Made by a program: the position numbers and the translations under genes
Shown: positions 38,866 to 49,780 of the stretch, in pieces
Position numbering within the stretch: position 1 is the first letter of the stretch
Layout of the letters: the number at the start of each line of letters is the position of its first letter
IMG/VR virus record: IMGVR_UViG_3300043548_000582
Location: 25,235-89,234 of that record
Length of the DNA: 64,000 nt
Origin: a virus
Reading direction: 5' to 3' (one strand)
Notes under the pieces: model-generated
Seen by the model: the letters and a program-made list of their open reading frames with translations, nothing else
The model's database searches: none
What the model was told of the DNA's origin: nothing

Positions 38866-39207
38866 TTATTTAACCTTTACAACTCTTGCAACCGGTTTAT
38901 TTTCTGGAGTCAGATACATTTGCAAACCGAACGGGCTATTTTTAATTTTCGACACTTTGTTGTTTTTAAACTCCAGATTGTATGTGACCAATACATCGGT
39001 AAGTTCTGGTCCTTGAAACATATAACCCAATACATTTATTTTAGGGTTGAGTTGTTCGTATGGTCCTTTGGTTGTTATATTTTTACGTGTTATTGGTTTC
39101 ACAGCGTCTCGACTTCCTTTTTTATTACTAGCAAATGCTGTAATTTTTGGAGTACCATCTGCCATATTATGTGCATATTCCAGAAAGAATGTTTCAAAAG
39201 ATTTCAC
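38866..39207 (-). CDS. hypothetical protein with CTS-like N-terminus
   Basis: GTG start MKSFETFFLE; TAAATA at 39214-39219. Confidence 0.7.
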   Translation of the reverse strand: MKSFETFFLEYAHNMADGTPKITAFASNKKGSRDAVKPITRKNITTKGPYEQLNPKINVLGYMFQGPELTDVLVTYNLEFKNNKVSKIKNSPFGLQMYLTPENKPVARVVKVK

Positions 39208-39221
39208 TATATCTATTTAAC

Positions 39222-39253
39222 AAAAAAGGGGAGTCATTTAAGACTCCCCTTTT
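39222..39253 (-). terminator. intrinsic terminator
   Basis: AAAAAAGGGGAGTC-attta a-GACTCCCCTTTT hairpin with T6 tail on minus strand. Confidence 0.85.
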
Positions 39254-39278
39254 CGGTTTGATTTTTATTGTTGAAAAA

Positions 39279-40232
39279 TTACTTGATATACTCAGCACCC
39301 GCTTTGTAGTTTCCAACTTTGTTGTTGGAACCAGCACCGATGTTTGGTTGTTTAGCGTTGTAGAGAGCGTGGCCGTAATCTCCGTCATCACCGACTTTAT
39401 CAGTTACAGCGGATGTTGCTTTTCCACCCTTGGCTTTGACTTTACCAACTGTGTTTGGCTTGCCAGTGAGTTTGCCGATAGCTGGGGTTTCTTCGTCTTC
39501 TTCAAAGTCTCCACCCATTTCATCTTCACCTTCGTCGCCCATGTCAAAGTCAAGGTCTTCTCCTTCGGTATCGCCTTCTCCTTCGCCTTCACCACCGTCT
39601 AGGACAGCCATGAGAACATCGTGAAGTTTTTGAGCGGTTGCTCTATCGAGGGTGAAAGTAACTTCATCTTCTCCACCGAAATCGGAATCCATTTCGTCAT
39701 CGGTAGGTTCATCTTCAAGGCCAAATGCATTTACATCGTCCTCGGCATCTTCCATACCCATGTAATTCTCATTAACGACGGATCTAAACAATTTATCGAA
39801 ACTAAGTGTTTTTCTAGTCATAACTGTATTTAGTATTTGTTTTCCCATTTTTCTACTTTCCTGCAATTCTTTTTCTTCTTCAGATTCACCTGCTTCCATG
39901 GCATCCAGTTGATCTTGGATGTTTTTGCGTTGTTCATCTGAAAGATTTGGCTTTTTAAGAGCATCACGAAGTTTATCTTCTTTCTTTTGTGCTTTGGTAA
40001 GTTTTTCTTCGTTGTCTTCTTCCTTGCAACCACACTTGCAATCAGATGGGTGATCGTCATTCAAAGCTTTTGTAGCGCCTCCTTTTTCATCCAATCCACC
40101 ATCTTGTTTTGGAAAATTTCCATCAAAAGCGTTTGGTGGTAGGTTTTTGGATTCCTTTACAATTTCTCTCTTCAACGCATTTAGCATGTCACCATAAGCG
40201 TCCCCTATATTTTGAAGATCTCGTTTGATCAT
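39279..40232 (-). CDS. acidic putative prohead core/scaffold-like protein
   Basis: long D/E-rich tracts; late promoter; divergent from terminase. Confidence 0.55.
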   Translation of the reverse strand: MIKRDLQNIGDAYGDMLNALKREIVKESKNLPPNAFDGNFPKQDGGLDEKGGATKALNDDHPSDCKCGCKEEDNEEKLTKAQKKEDKLRDALKKPNLSDEQRKNIQDQLDAMEAGESEEEKELQESRKMGKQILNTVMTRKTLSFDKLFRSVVNENYMGMEDAEDDVNAFGLEDEPTDDEMDSDFGGEDEVTFTLDRATAQKLHDVLMAVLDGGEGEGEGDTEGEDLDFDMGDEGEDEMGGDFEEDEETPAIGKLTGKPNTVGKVKAKGGKATSAVTDKVGDDGDYGHALYNAKQPNIGAGSNNKVGNYKAGAEYIK

Positions 40233-40269
40233 ACCCTTATTTAACTACATTGTAATAAATATATTCAAT

Positions 40270-42042
40270 ATGGCGAAAAACCAAGAGAAGTTCTATATGG
40301 GAAATCAAAATCTCCCATCTAAAGGAACATTAATAGCATATACTCCAGAACAGGCCAAAGAAATGCAAAAGTGCGCCAAGAATATATTGCATTTCGCTGA
40401 AAAGTATTTTTATATCTTGAATGTTGACAAGGGCAAAATGCCGATTGAATTATACAAGGCTCAAAAACGAGTTTTGAAAAAAATGATGGAGAATAGATTC
40501 TTTTGTCTATTGGCAAGTCGTCAGGTGGGTAAAAGTACTCTTATGACAATTTATATATTGTGGATGGCCAATTTCTTTGAGAATCAAAGAATTCTACTTG
40601 TCGCCAACAAGGAATCAACAGCTATTGAAATTTTCAGTAGAGTTAGAATGGCTTATGAAATGCTTCCAAATTGGCTAAAATCCCCTGTGGTTGAATATGC
40701 GAAGACAAGCATGGAGCTTGAAAACAACAGCCGCATAGCTATTACAACAACAACCGGAACCGCCGCCCGTGGTCAGTCCGTTAGTGTTTTAATTATTGAC
40801 GAATGTGCTTTCATCGAACCTCATCTCATGGAACCTTTTTGGGCATCTGTATTTCCAATTGTATCGTCTTCCAAAAAAGCGAAAGTTTTCATGTGTTCCA
40901 CCCCAAATGGAACCGGGAATCTTTTTTACGACATATATACAGGGTCTGTTGAGGGTAAAAATGGATGGGCTAATGACAAAATTTTATGGAATGAGATACC
41001 CGGAAGAGATGAAAAGTGGGTTAAAGAAATCAAAGGTGGGCTAGCATCTGAAGAGAAATGGGAGCAAGAATTCAATTGCCATTTCTTGAATTCAGGAACT
41101 GGATCGATGGGCGAAGACGCATATAACCACATGAAGTCTTACGTATCGAAACCGGTTGAGATTTTGATGGATGGAAAATATAAAATATTTGAACACTATC
41201 AAGAAGGCAGGATATATGTCGCTGGTGTCGATACCGGCGAAGGTATTGGAGGTGACTTCAGTTGTATAAAGATACTAGATATAACCGATCTTAAAGAAAT
41301 CACTGAGGTTGCGGAGTATTATGATAATACAATACCTGTCGCTGAATTTGCCAACAAGGTGTATGAGATTTTATGCCACTGGGGTAAACCTCTGGCTTGT
41401 ATTGAGAGAAATAACCAAGGCGGTCAAGTTGTTGACAGGCTTGGACTTGATATGGGATACATGGATAAAATCGTTTGTTGGGGTAGTAAATTGGCAGGTA
41501 GAAAAAACACCCAATTGTTGGGTATGATTGCATCAAGAAACACCAAATACAACGCTGTTGCAAACGCTCGATATTTCTACAACGACAAAATGGTGGTTCA
41601 ATTCAGAAACGAAGATTCATTACTCGAAGTGTTTAAAGATTTCGTCAAACTTCCAAATGATAGCTGGGGAGCGATATCTGGAAAGCATGACGACCGAACA
41701 ATGGCATTGGTTTGGGCATTGATGGTTCTTCACGATGATATCGTCGAGCAATATTTCACGGTTGATGAGTATGATGATTGCGGTAAGCCTTCCAAAATAA
41801 CGCCGAACGAGAATTTATTCGGTTCATTTGAGCCAGCGACATCTATATACACAAATGAGTACATAGATGGTATTGAAAATAGCCAGATCGCACCTATACA
41901 TTTCGGAACTACTACGCAACAAGCATCGGAATTTGCAGAATTGCAAGCTGACGGATGGGTTCCACTAAATGGTGATCCTTTCTACACTATGGACGCTGGG
42001 TTATCTGATGCGCAATCCGATTTCATAGCCAAGTATTTTTAA
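40270..42042 (+). CDS. 17: terminase large subunit
   Basis: SRQVGKST, LVANK, ARGQS..LIIDECAF, STPNG, WEQEF, GVDTGEG.GGD, HDD. Confidence 0.97.
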   Translation: MAKNQEKFYMGNQNLPSKGTLIAYTPEQAKEMQKCAKNILHFAEKYFYILNVDKGKMPIELYKAQKRVLKKMMENRFFCLLASRQVGKSTLMTIYILWMANFFENQRILLVANKESTAIEIFSRVRMAYEMLPNWLKSPVVEYAKTSMELENNSRIAITTTTGTAARGQSVSVLIIDECAFIEPHLMEPFWASVFPIVSSSKKAKVFMCSTPNGTGNLFYDIYTGSVEGKNGWANDKILWNEIPGRDEKWVKEIKGGLASEEKWEQEFNCHFLNSGTGSMGEDAYNHMKSYVSKPVEILMDGKYKIFEHYQEGRIYVAGVDTGEGIGGDFSCIKILDITDLKEITEVAEYYDNTIPVAEFANKVYEILCHWGKPLACIERNNQGGQVVDRLGLDMGYMDKIVCWGSKLAGRKNTQLLGMIASRNTKYNAVANARYFYNDKMVVQFRNEDSLLEVFKDFVKLPNDSWGAISGKHDDRTMALVWALMVLHDDIVEQYFTVDEYDDCGKPSKITPNENLFGSFEPATSIYTNEYIDGIENSQIAPIHFGTTTQQASEFAELQADGWVPLNGDPFYTMDAGLSDAQSDFIAKYF

Positions 42043-43997
42043 ATAACAACTTCTCCCATATACCCTATTAAGTTTTTAGATATCCCGATAATTTTAATTA
42101 TCGCACCGTACATCTCTTTTATCGATTCTAGCGAATCTTTTGTTATGTTTTCAGTTCTTGATATTTCGCGGAAATTGTTGTAATTCCACTCGCTCGCCAT
42201 GTTGTTTTTATAATCCATCAAATCAACGCCAAATGCTGTTTTGAACCATTCATAGATAATATTTTGTTTCGCTTCTATGAATTTTGGATTTTTACTTATC
42301 ACAGTTGGCACTATTCTATCACTGAATGTATATATAGCGCCCTGTAATAGCATCATACTTCTCCAAATGTTGTGCAATTCTCTATAAGTTTGTTCGTTTT
42401 GATCATCATCGTATGTTAAAACCTGTTTCAATGGTATGAATTTTAAATTTTTAAGATTTGCAATATCCACTTTTTTAGGCATATCATTCAAACCTTCTTG
42501 GAATTTTGCCAAAAGTTTTTCTATTTCTTGGTTGGTTTGAGTTTCTTCTGAATCCCAATCATAAGATTTTAAAATACCATATAGTTTGTTTTTAAGGTTG
42601 GTATAGTTGAAATGTTTGAAATCATCCAATTTATATTCCAGTGTGCTCCACAGATATTCATTATCGATGCCTTTGTCATCTTCTTGATATAGTCTGATTG
42701 TGAAATTTATAGTTGCATTTAAACTATCCGAAGTGTTTGTTATTGTTATTTTAGGATCTAGGCTTTCATATGTGTATCCACCGGGACGTAAGCTAGACAC
42801 AACAGCGGCTGCTACATCCTTTTCGATAGGCGAGTGAATAGATGGCAATTCCCGCTTTCTGAAGTAATCCAATTCTTCGAACTCTTTTTTGATAATGTCT
42901 TCTTTGAACTCGAATTCCATTATCATTTCAAAATCTACAATTTCTGTTCCACTTGTTTTGAATGATAATAAATTACCCAATTCTTTTTCATTGTTTCTGC
43001 TTAGTTTTTCTTTTAAAACTTCATCAGCTATTGCATTTCCCGGATTGAATTCGAAATTTACACCTTTATCCTCACCAGAGTCATCGTAGAGTTTTCTGTT
43101 TCTATATATAACCTCATCTCCAGTCAATTTATCGTTTAGAGTTTTTGAAATCCACTCTCTTACCATATCTGAGAATTCTGGGTATTTATTGCCATACATT
43201 GGCCCGATTGAATATGCATTTCCCTTATCCGAAGAATGAGGCTTTATTGTAATTCTAGATAATGGTTTTGCCAATCTCGCTTTTGTTTCTCCGTTTGCTC
43301 CTTTGTATAGCTCATTTTTTGGTATGACATAAGCAATTAAAGACCCCTCTTCTATATCTCCAGCGACGTATTTTTTATGCACCCCGACGTTTGGTTCTTT
43401 ATTTGGATAATTTATCTTTTCGAATCCAAGATCCATGCACGATGTCCAGCTTCTATCGGTGGAAGCTCCCGCCAAATCATAAGGGTGTCTGGATATTACA
43501 ACAGCGAATTCTCCATTTGCCGCTCTAATAGGATCGGTTTTGAATTCATGTAACAGTGGCTTTCCCTGAACCTTTTTTGTTGTTTTTTTACCGTTGGCTC
43601 TTTTTGTAACTTCAATTTCACCATCCGGTTCGTATTTTTGAAGCAGTTTTCCGATTTTAACCGGGTTCTTTGTATCAACTACATAAGATCCATCATTTGC
43701 ATGTTTGTATTTGTATGCAACTCCATCGATATACGATTTCATATTGCGAATGGTGTAGTTTTCTTTTTGTAAGACTTCACGGATCTTTCGCATCAATTCA
43801 TGTTCAATATTGCTATTATCAATAGTAAGATCGAAAAATAAGCGGTCTTTATTTCCGAAAATTTCATCCAATGCTTCGGTATATGCTCCTGAATATTTTC
43901 TGGAAAGTCTCGTCTTTTTTGCATTTTTCAATGAAATCGCTTCTTGCAGGCAATATTCATTGAAAAAAACGTCAAATGTCACTAGATTCAAATTCAC
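42039..43997 (-). CDS. large hypothetical protein with CTS-like N-terminus
   Basis: TFDVFFNEYCLQEA; ISRHPYDLAG.ST.R.WTSCM; TAAATA at 44003-44008. Confidence 0.75.
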   Translation of the reverse strand: MNLNLVTFDVFFNEYCLQEAISLKNAKKTRLSRKYSGAYTEALDEIFGNKDRLFFDLTIDNSNIEHELMRKIREVLQKENYTIRNMKSYIDGVAYKYKHANDGSYVVDTKNPVKIGKLLQKYEPDGEIEVTKRANGKKTTKKVQGKPLLHEFKTDPIRAANGEFAVVISRHPYDLAGASTDRSWTSCMDLGFEKINYPNKEPNVGVHKKYVAGDIEEGSLIAYVIPKNELYKGANGETKARLAKPLSRITIKPHSSDKGNAYSIGPMYGNKYPEFSDMVREWISKTLNDKLTGDEVIYRNRKLYDDSGEDKGVNFEFNPGNAIADEVLKEKLSRNNEKELGNLLSFKTSGTEIVDFEMIMEFEFKEDIIKKEFEELDYFRKRELPSIHSPIEKDVAAAVVSSLRPGGYTYESLDPKITITNTSDSLNATINFTIRLYQEDDKGIDNEYLWSTLEYKLDDFKHFNYTNLKNKLYGILKSYDWDSEETQTNQEIEKLLAKFQEGLNDMPKKVDIANLKNLKFIPLKQVLTYDDDQNEQTYRELHNIWRSMMLLQGAIYTFSDRIVPTVISKNPKFIEAKQNIIYEWFKTAFGVDLMDYKNNMASEWNYNNFREISRTENITKDSLESIKEMYGAIIKIIGISKNLIGYMGEVVI

Positions 43998-44054
43998 TAA
44001 ACTATTTATCTGTCCTCGTAGCTATATATAGTCTTTTCACGCTTAAATATCTCC

Positions 44055-44633
44055 ATGGACGAAATAAGACAAAGCCCATTGAACCAAGCAGCGAAGGACA
44101 AGTTCCTTTTGGTGTTTGACGTCCCTCCGATTCTTAAAAACTTTTCATCGAAATCAGTAAGAACAAACGACACTGTTATACCAGATACCGTGCAGTTTAC
44201 AATATGGGGAACAGCAGTTCCCGATATAACAGTTCCGGGAACCGAAGTTCGTTATGCTGGGTCTACATTGTATGTATCATCCCACAACAAAGCAAGTTAT
44301 CCACCAGTCGAAGTCAATTTCGCTGTGGATAGCATGTATAATAACTATTGGACGATATACCAATGGTTGAATTTGCTACATGACGAAAAAACAGGAGAAT
44401 ACAATGCAAGAAGAGAATTTGTCGATGCTAATTTCAATGATTACCAAACAGATCTGACGATTTATGGTTTGGATGAATATGGCAAAAAACGTGTCAAGTT
44501 TACCTACAAAAAAGCATTTCCCACAACTCTGAAAGGTTTGACTTACGATTATCAACAATCCGGTGACATGCGACTGGTTTCAGGATTTGTATTTATATAC
44601 AGTCAAATGCACATCGAGCTTTTAAATTCATGA
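44055..44633 (+). CDS. 3: tail completion / tube terminator protein (gp3-like)
   Basis: VPDITVP, VNFAVD..Y.NY..IYQWL, FTYKKAFPT.L. Confidence 0.7.
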   Translation: MDEIRQSPLNQAAKDKFLLVFDVPPILKNFSSKSVRTNDTVIPDTVQFTIWGTAVPDITVPGTEVRYAGSTLYVSSHNKASYPPVEVNFAVDSMYNNYWTIYQWLNLLHDEKTGEYNARREFVDANFNDYQTDLTIYGLDEYGKKRVKFTYKKAFPTTLKGLTYDYQQSGDMRLVSGFVFIYSQMHIELLNS

Positions 44634-44693
44634 TAATGGGATTTAAAACATATCAAAATTAAATTTTCTTGTTGAGAAAGATTAAATAGAAAT

Positions 44694-47009
44694 ATGGCAA
44701 CAAGAACAATTAACAGCCCCGGCGTGGAAATTTTTGAAAGAGATTTATCTCTTAGAATTCCACAAAATATCGGGACAAACGTTTTCGTAACAGGGTTTGC
44801 AAATCAAGGACCAACAGACGAAGTTTTAAAAGTGACAACCCGTGATGAACTGGAGCAAATTTATGGTGTTCCTACCAACAGTTCAGAGCGTTACTTTTAT
44901 TACACAATCAGAGAGCTTTTAAACTCCCCAGCAAACATTTATACTTTCAGACTTCCTTATGGTGAAGGAACAGGTAATGGATTCGGCAGTCAATATTCCG
45001 CCCTTGTTTATCCAGTTAGAAACTATACAAATAACGCACTTTCAACAAATTTAGACACAGTTTCCGGTTCTTATTTCTTAGGAGAACCAGTTCACTTCAA
45101 TTTAACCGAAACAGAATATAGACAAGCTCTTGAAGGAAGCTTGTTCGACTGGTCTACAACAAGTGCTGATCCATCCGATTTAAGTACATTGAGTACAATG
45201 GGGAGCGCTGGTGTGATTATTCTCAACAAGGCTCAAACAACAATCAATGGACAATTTGAAGGTTATTATGTCGGTATAGCTGATAATACTAACATCAATC
45301 CAGCTACCAACTATGATGCCATCTTGAGCCTGAAGACTGTATCAACAAGTGCGAACAGAGTTGTTGGCACCTCATATACAAACATTCCAAATGGAACCCT
45401 CCAGTTCAACTTATCTTCCACACCATCAGATGGTGCTAACAGCATCTCTGAAATCATGGAGAATCTCACCGATTACAACATCGATGATCCTGAAGATGAT
45501 GATCTTCTTAACATCGGCGTGTTTAAGATTCGTAAGAGTCTGTATGCCAACGAAGCATTCAAGCTCGACTTCGTTCTTGATGATGCAATCGTTGGATCAA
45601 TCGACACTTTCAGAACACAACTCAATCCAAGAGGTGGTCCTGCAATTCCATTCTTCTTAGAATCCGTTGATAACAATAGCAGAAACGTTGAAATCTTGGT
45701 CAACCCATTCATTTCAAATAAATTCCGCGAAAGCAGCCTGAATACAGCAGGTATTCCACAGAAGAAGATCAGAGTTCTTACTAATGGAGCAATCAGTAAC
45801 TACAGCAACATCTCAGCGAGTGTTGGAATTCCACTAAGTAGCTTACAATCTCTATCAAGTATTATCGGTTATGCAGATAACCTTTACCCACTTGGTGCAT
45901 TCAGCGACACTGTTATCAAACAGAAGACTATTGGTAATATTCCAACCAAGATAAACCGCGCTCTTGAAACAATCAAGAATGATGAAGTGTATGACATCGA
46001 TGTGGTTGTCGAAGGTGGTCTCGGCACTATCTTTGCAATGGCATGTGCAGCAGGTACAACATACTACGATGATACGTTGTACTCCAGCACATTAAACAGC
46101 AAGCTGTCAACTCTCAGAACATCAAACGATATCTCAAACAACAGTGTAGCAACTGATATCAGAGGTAACTACAGCTCGATATTCAACCAGTTTGAAAACT
46201 TCTGTAACCTGCCAAGCAACACAGGCGGTCGTGGAGATTGCATCTTCATTGCAGATATTCTTCGCCACATCGTTGTAACTGGTAGAAACACCAAGATTCT
46301 GTCAGATAAGACCAAGAACTTCCAAACCGATGTTTACTGGCCTATTAGACACCAATTTGGACTTGAAAACACCTCATATGCAGCTGTATATGGAAACTGG
46401 GTTCAAGTTTACGAAGAGTTCTCTGGTGAGAAGATCTGGGTTCCATTCTCTGGATATGCGGCTGCAACTTATGCAAGAACCGACGCCAATGATTTCCCTT
46501 GGATCGCTCCAGCGGGATTCAATCGTGGGTTGCTGACAACATCAGCCCTTGATATCGCGGTTAATCCTAACCAGAAGCAACGTGATGAATTCTACAAAAC
46601 CAACATCAACCCAGTATCATTCAGCGCAAGCGATGGTATGGTTATCATTGGTCAGAAGACACTTAGCCGTAAACCAAGCGCATTCGACAGAATCAATGTT
46701 CGTAGATTGTTCTTAGCTCTGGAAAGACCGACCAAGAAAGTATCCAAGTACTTCTTATTCGAGCCTAATACAGAGTTCACAAGAACCAGATACATCAATA
46801 CTCTAACTCCTCTGTTTGAATTTGCTAAACAGAACGAAGGATTGTACGATTATCTGATCGTGTGCGATGAAAGAAACAACACTCCTGAAGTCATCGACAA
46901 TAACGAACTCAGAGCGGATATCTTCATCAAACCAGTCAGAGCAGCAGAATTCATTCTTGTTCAGTTCACAGCAACAAGAACAGATGCAAGCTTCCAAGAA
47001 CTTATCTAA
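44694..47009 (+). CDS. 18: tail sheath protein
   Basis: SPGVEIFERDLS, PWIAPAGFNRG, INPV, FDRINVRRLF, LFEPN, CDERNNTP, IKPVRAAEFI. Confidence 0.97.
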   Translation: MATRTINSPGVEIFERDLSLRIPQNIGTNVFVTGFANQGPTDEVLKVTTRDELEQIYGVPTNSSERYFYYTIRELLNSPANIYTFRLPYGEGTGNGFGSQYSALVYPVRNYTNNALSTNLDTVSGSYFLGEPVHFNLTETEYRQALEGSLFDWSTTSADPSDLSTLSTMGSAGVIILNKAQTTINGQFEGYYVGIADNTNINPATNYDAILSLKTVSTSANRVVGTSYTNIPNGTLQFNLSSTPSDGANSISEIMENLTDYNIDDPEDDDLLNIGVFKIRKSLYANEAFKLDFVLDDAIVGSIDTFRTQLNPRGGPAIPFFLESVDNNSRNVEILVNPFISNKFRESSLNTAGIPQKKIRVLTNGAISNYSNISASVGIPLSSLQSLSSIIGYADNLYPLGAFSDTVIKQKTIGNIPTKINRALETIKNDEVYDIDVVVEGGLGTIFAMACAAGTTYYDDTLYSSTLNSKLSTLRTSNDISNNSVATDIRGNYSSIFNQFENFCNLPSNTGGRGDCIFIADILRHIVVTGRNTKILSDKTKNFQTDVYWPIRHQFGLENTSYAAVYGNWVQVYEEFSGEKIWVPFSGYAAATYARTDANDFPWIAPAGFNRGLLTTSALDIAVNPNQKQRDEFYKTNINPVSFSASDGMVIIGQKTLSRKPSAFDRINVRRLFLALERPTKKVSKYFLFEPNTEFTRTRYINTLTPLFEFAKQNEGLYDYLIVCDERNNTPEVIDNNELRADIFIKPVRAAEFILVQFTATRTDASFQELI

Positions 47010-47015
47010 AAATTA

Positions 47016-47045
47016 AAACCGGGGTAGTGAATGCTACCCCGGTTT
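47016..47045 (+). terminator. stable stem-loop after gp18 (terminator or stability hairpin)
   Basis: AAACCGGGGTAG-tgaatg-CTACCCCGGTTT; only a short U tail. Confidence 0.65.
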
Positions 47046-47059
47046 AACTAAATAAATAT

Positions 47060-47632
47060 ATGCCAGCAAACATCCAAACATTCTTCACACAAGCTGCTCA
47101 AAAGCAATTCGCTAGAGATTTCTTGTTCAGAGTTAAGCAAATTTCATTCCCCGGCTTGAACTTGAACGGTGAAACCGACCTTGTTTATGCCAAAACTGGT
47201 AGCTTGCCAACAAGAACAATCGAAGACAAAACTGTTAATTATGCAGGACAGACTTTCCACTTGGGTGGTAAAGCTAATTATGGAGGCTCTGATGGTTATG
47301 CCATAACATTCTATTGCGATCAAAATCTTGATCTGAGAACAAAGCTTGAAAAAGCATCCAGAGTTGCTTTCAACAACGAAGACACCACGGCCAATATGTG
47401 TATGCCGGGACCAGAAAGCACTATCACTCTCGATCTTCTTGCAATTCCATGCACCAGAGACATTAATGCAACCAGTGGTAATCCTTTAGAAATTATCAAG
47501 ACTGTTAAATTGATTGGTGTTGGTATAAGAGATATCGGGAACATAGATTATGCAATTGCTGACGGTACTGGTGATATTCTCACCTTTACATCTACATTCT
47601 CATATCACTTCTACGAAGACTTTTCTAAGTGA
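47060..47632 (+). CDS. 19: tail tube protein
   Basis: FARDFLFRV, SLP.R......YAG, ITFYCD, FTSTFSY; follows sheath. Confidence 0.85.
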   Translation: MPANIQTFFTQAAQKQFARDFLFRVKQISFPGLNLNGETDLVYAKTGSLPTRTIEDKTVNYAGQTFHLGGKANYGGSDGYAITFYCDQNLDLRTKLEKASRVAFNNEDTTANMCMPGPESTITLDLLAIPCTRDINATSGNPLEIIKTVKLIGVGIRDIGNIDYAIADGTGDILTFTSTFSYHFYEDFSK

Positions 47633-47662
47633 TATAATTGAATGCCTTGTTAAATATTTGAT

Positions 47663-48262
47663 ATGGGCATTCAGATTAACGATTTCTTAAACGCATTCAG
47701 CAAGGAGGCTAAGTTTTGTCTTAGCCTCCCTGTCTTTTGGTCGGTGAGCATAGATGGTGTTAGCACAGGCTCTATAAATTCTGTATTGGAGTCCGCTCAA
47801 GAAAAGTGGAGAGCAACCACAAGTCCCGAAGAAATGACACGAAGTGGTAACATATTAGTAGCGCAAAACGTAACATTGCCGGGGGAAGGGTATACAAACG
47901 GTGTCGCTTCTTTCGGAGAAGGATCTGGGGGTTTTTTACCTGCTAATATTATGGATGCGAGAGATCACTTCGGGAGTCGTGATGTAGCTGTCAGCTTTTT
48001 AGAAACCAATGTTGACTTGGAGCATACTTTCTTCAGACCATGGGCAATAGCTGTTGGTATCAACGGATTTGTGGAATCCGGCCCTCCTCTAAAGGCTACC
48101 ATGGTAGTTAAACAGTATGATAATAAAGGAACTCTAAGAAAAGGGTTTAAATTCATGAAAGTTACGCCGATCAGAATGGAAGCGTTGAATTTGGATTACA
48201 CTGATACTACACATAAAGTGAAATCAGTAACATTCAGATGTCAAAACTACGAACAACTATGA
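47663..48262 (+). CDS. tail tube-like baseplate initiator (gp54-like)
   Basis: VTLPGE, SFLET, FFRPW, P......LDY tube-fold pattern. Confidence 0.6.
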   Translation: MGIQINDFLNAFSKEAKFCLSLPVFWSVSIDGVSTGSINSVLESAQEKWRATTSPEEMTRSGNILVAQNVTLPGEGYTNGVASFGEGSGGFLPANIMDARDHFGSRDVAVSFLETNVDLEHTFFRPWAIAVGINGFVESGPPLKATMVVKQYDNKGTLRKGFKFMKVTPIRMEALNLDYTDTTHKVKSVTFRCQNYEQL

Positions 48263-49059
48263 AATTCACAGTTCACAATCCATTAAATTCAGAAGTTGTG
48301 AGTGTTTCTGAATTTACCATGGAAGATATGAGAAGTATATCATTCATGGTAGAAAATAATTCAGATGACTTATTATTTCAGTTCCTAGAATCCAAATTAT
48401 CAGGGACCGCAAATTGTGTCACTAAATTCATAGCTTTATTCAAAGCCCGTGAACAATTCATAGCAGATACTATATCACTAAACAATGGGAATAGTAATGT
48501 TGATATACAATTATCATATTGGTTCGATGAATTTGTAAAAGGATTGAAAGACATATCAGGAGTTGTAAAGATCGATGATTTTGAAATAAAAATCGATTAT
48601 CCAGAATCTTTAATGTATAATACTTATGATGATCTTTTGGCAGGTATGATTCAAAATATTTCTATAAAATCACATTATGTTGATTTTAAGGATATTACAC
48701 ATTCTGAAAAATTAGAATTAATTCAAAACTTGCCATATAATGTGATTAAGGAAGTTCACAATTATATAGATCAAATAAATTATAACATTTTAATTTTTAA
48801 AGAACGTCTAGGAATACCCAACATATCGGTTTCTTTTTTTGATAATTCTGCATTTAATTTTATAAAGATGTTTTTCAATTACTACAGGTATGATGAAATC
48901 ATGGAAACTGTTTTTGGAATAAGCAGCAGAATATCAGATATTGGATTTTTAATGTCTAGAACCCCCAAAGATATCAACTTGCTTATAAAATTATACAGTG
49001 AAGAGGTTGAAAAAATGAACAACGAAGATAAATCATCAAATGAACAATACACCAGTTAA
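48259..49059 (+). CDS. baseplate hub assembly protein (gp26-like)
   Basis: IKIDYP, LELIQNLP; position in hub cluster. Confidence 0.45.
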   Translation: MKFTVHNPLNSEVVSVSEFTMEDMRSISFMVENNSDDLLFQFLESKLSGTANCVTKFIALFKAREQFIADTISLNNGNSNVDIQLSYWFDEFVKGLKDISGVVKIDDFEIKIDYPESLMYNTYDDLLAGMIQNISIKSHYVDFKDITHSEKLELIQNLPYNVIKEVHNYIDQINYNILIFKERLGIPNISVSFFDNSAFNFIKMFFNYYRYDEIMETVFGISSRISDIGFLMSRTPKDINLLIKLYSEEVEKMNNEDKSSNEQYTS

Positions 49060-49759
49060 AAGCTTTCTTTCTATTTTAGAAACCCAAAATCAAAAGTACA
49101 ACAAGGTCGATTTATTCGACACTGAAGTTGAACTCAAATCATTGTCTTTCAAACAGCAAAAGCAACTAATAACATCTGGATTGAATGGTGTGGTTGGCGT
49201 CCTATCATTTTTGAAAATATTAAATGATATTTTGATTGAAAATACAGGCGATGAAAATCTGAAAGTTTATCATAAAGTTCCTCTCGTCTTACATCTAAAG
49301 AAAGCCATAGGGGGCGCTGATTTAGTTAGAAATGACGTAACTGTAAAAATCGATGAAATCATCAAAAATGTAAAACCATTCAATCATAAAGATACAGCCA
49401 CCGTTGATGGTGTTGGGTTTTCCATCAATTTAAAAATACCAACACTCAAAGAGGAAAATAAAATCATATCTGCTTGTATTGAAGAAATTAAAAAATTATC
49501 AGCAGACGATATTAGCAAAAACGTATCCTTAATCATGTCGTATGAGTTGCCTAAATTCATTGATAGTATAACGTTTGGAGCGGAGACCATCATATTTAAA
49601 GATCTGTCTATGTCTGAAAGATCCAAGATAATAGATAATCTACCAGCAGACATAACAGCCAGTATTTCAAATTTCATAGCTATTGTAAGACAATATGAAG
49701 AAGATATCATGACTGTCGATGGCATCACACTAGATATCGATTCATCATTCTTTGAATGA
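49040..49759 (+). CDS. baseplate hub assembly protein (gp26-like)
   Basis: LSFKQQKQLI, LKIPTL, IIDNLP, SSFFE C-terminus. Confidence 0.55.
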   Translation: MNNTPVKSFLSILETQNQKYNKVDLFDTEVELKSLSFKQQKQLITSGLNGVVGVLSFLKILNDILIENTGDENLKVYHKVPLVLHLKKAIGGADLVRNDVTVKIDEIIKNVKPFNHKDTATVDGVGFSINLKIPTLKEENKIISACIEEIKKLSADDISKNVSLIMSYELPKFIDSITFGAETIIFKDLSMSERSKIIDNLPADITASISNFIAIVRQYEEDIMTVDGITLDIDSSFFE

Positions 49760-49780
49760 TCCATCTATTAAATATATGTA

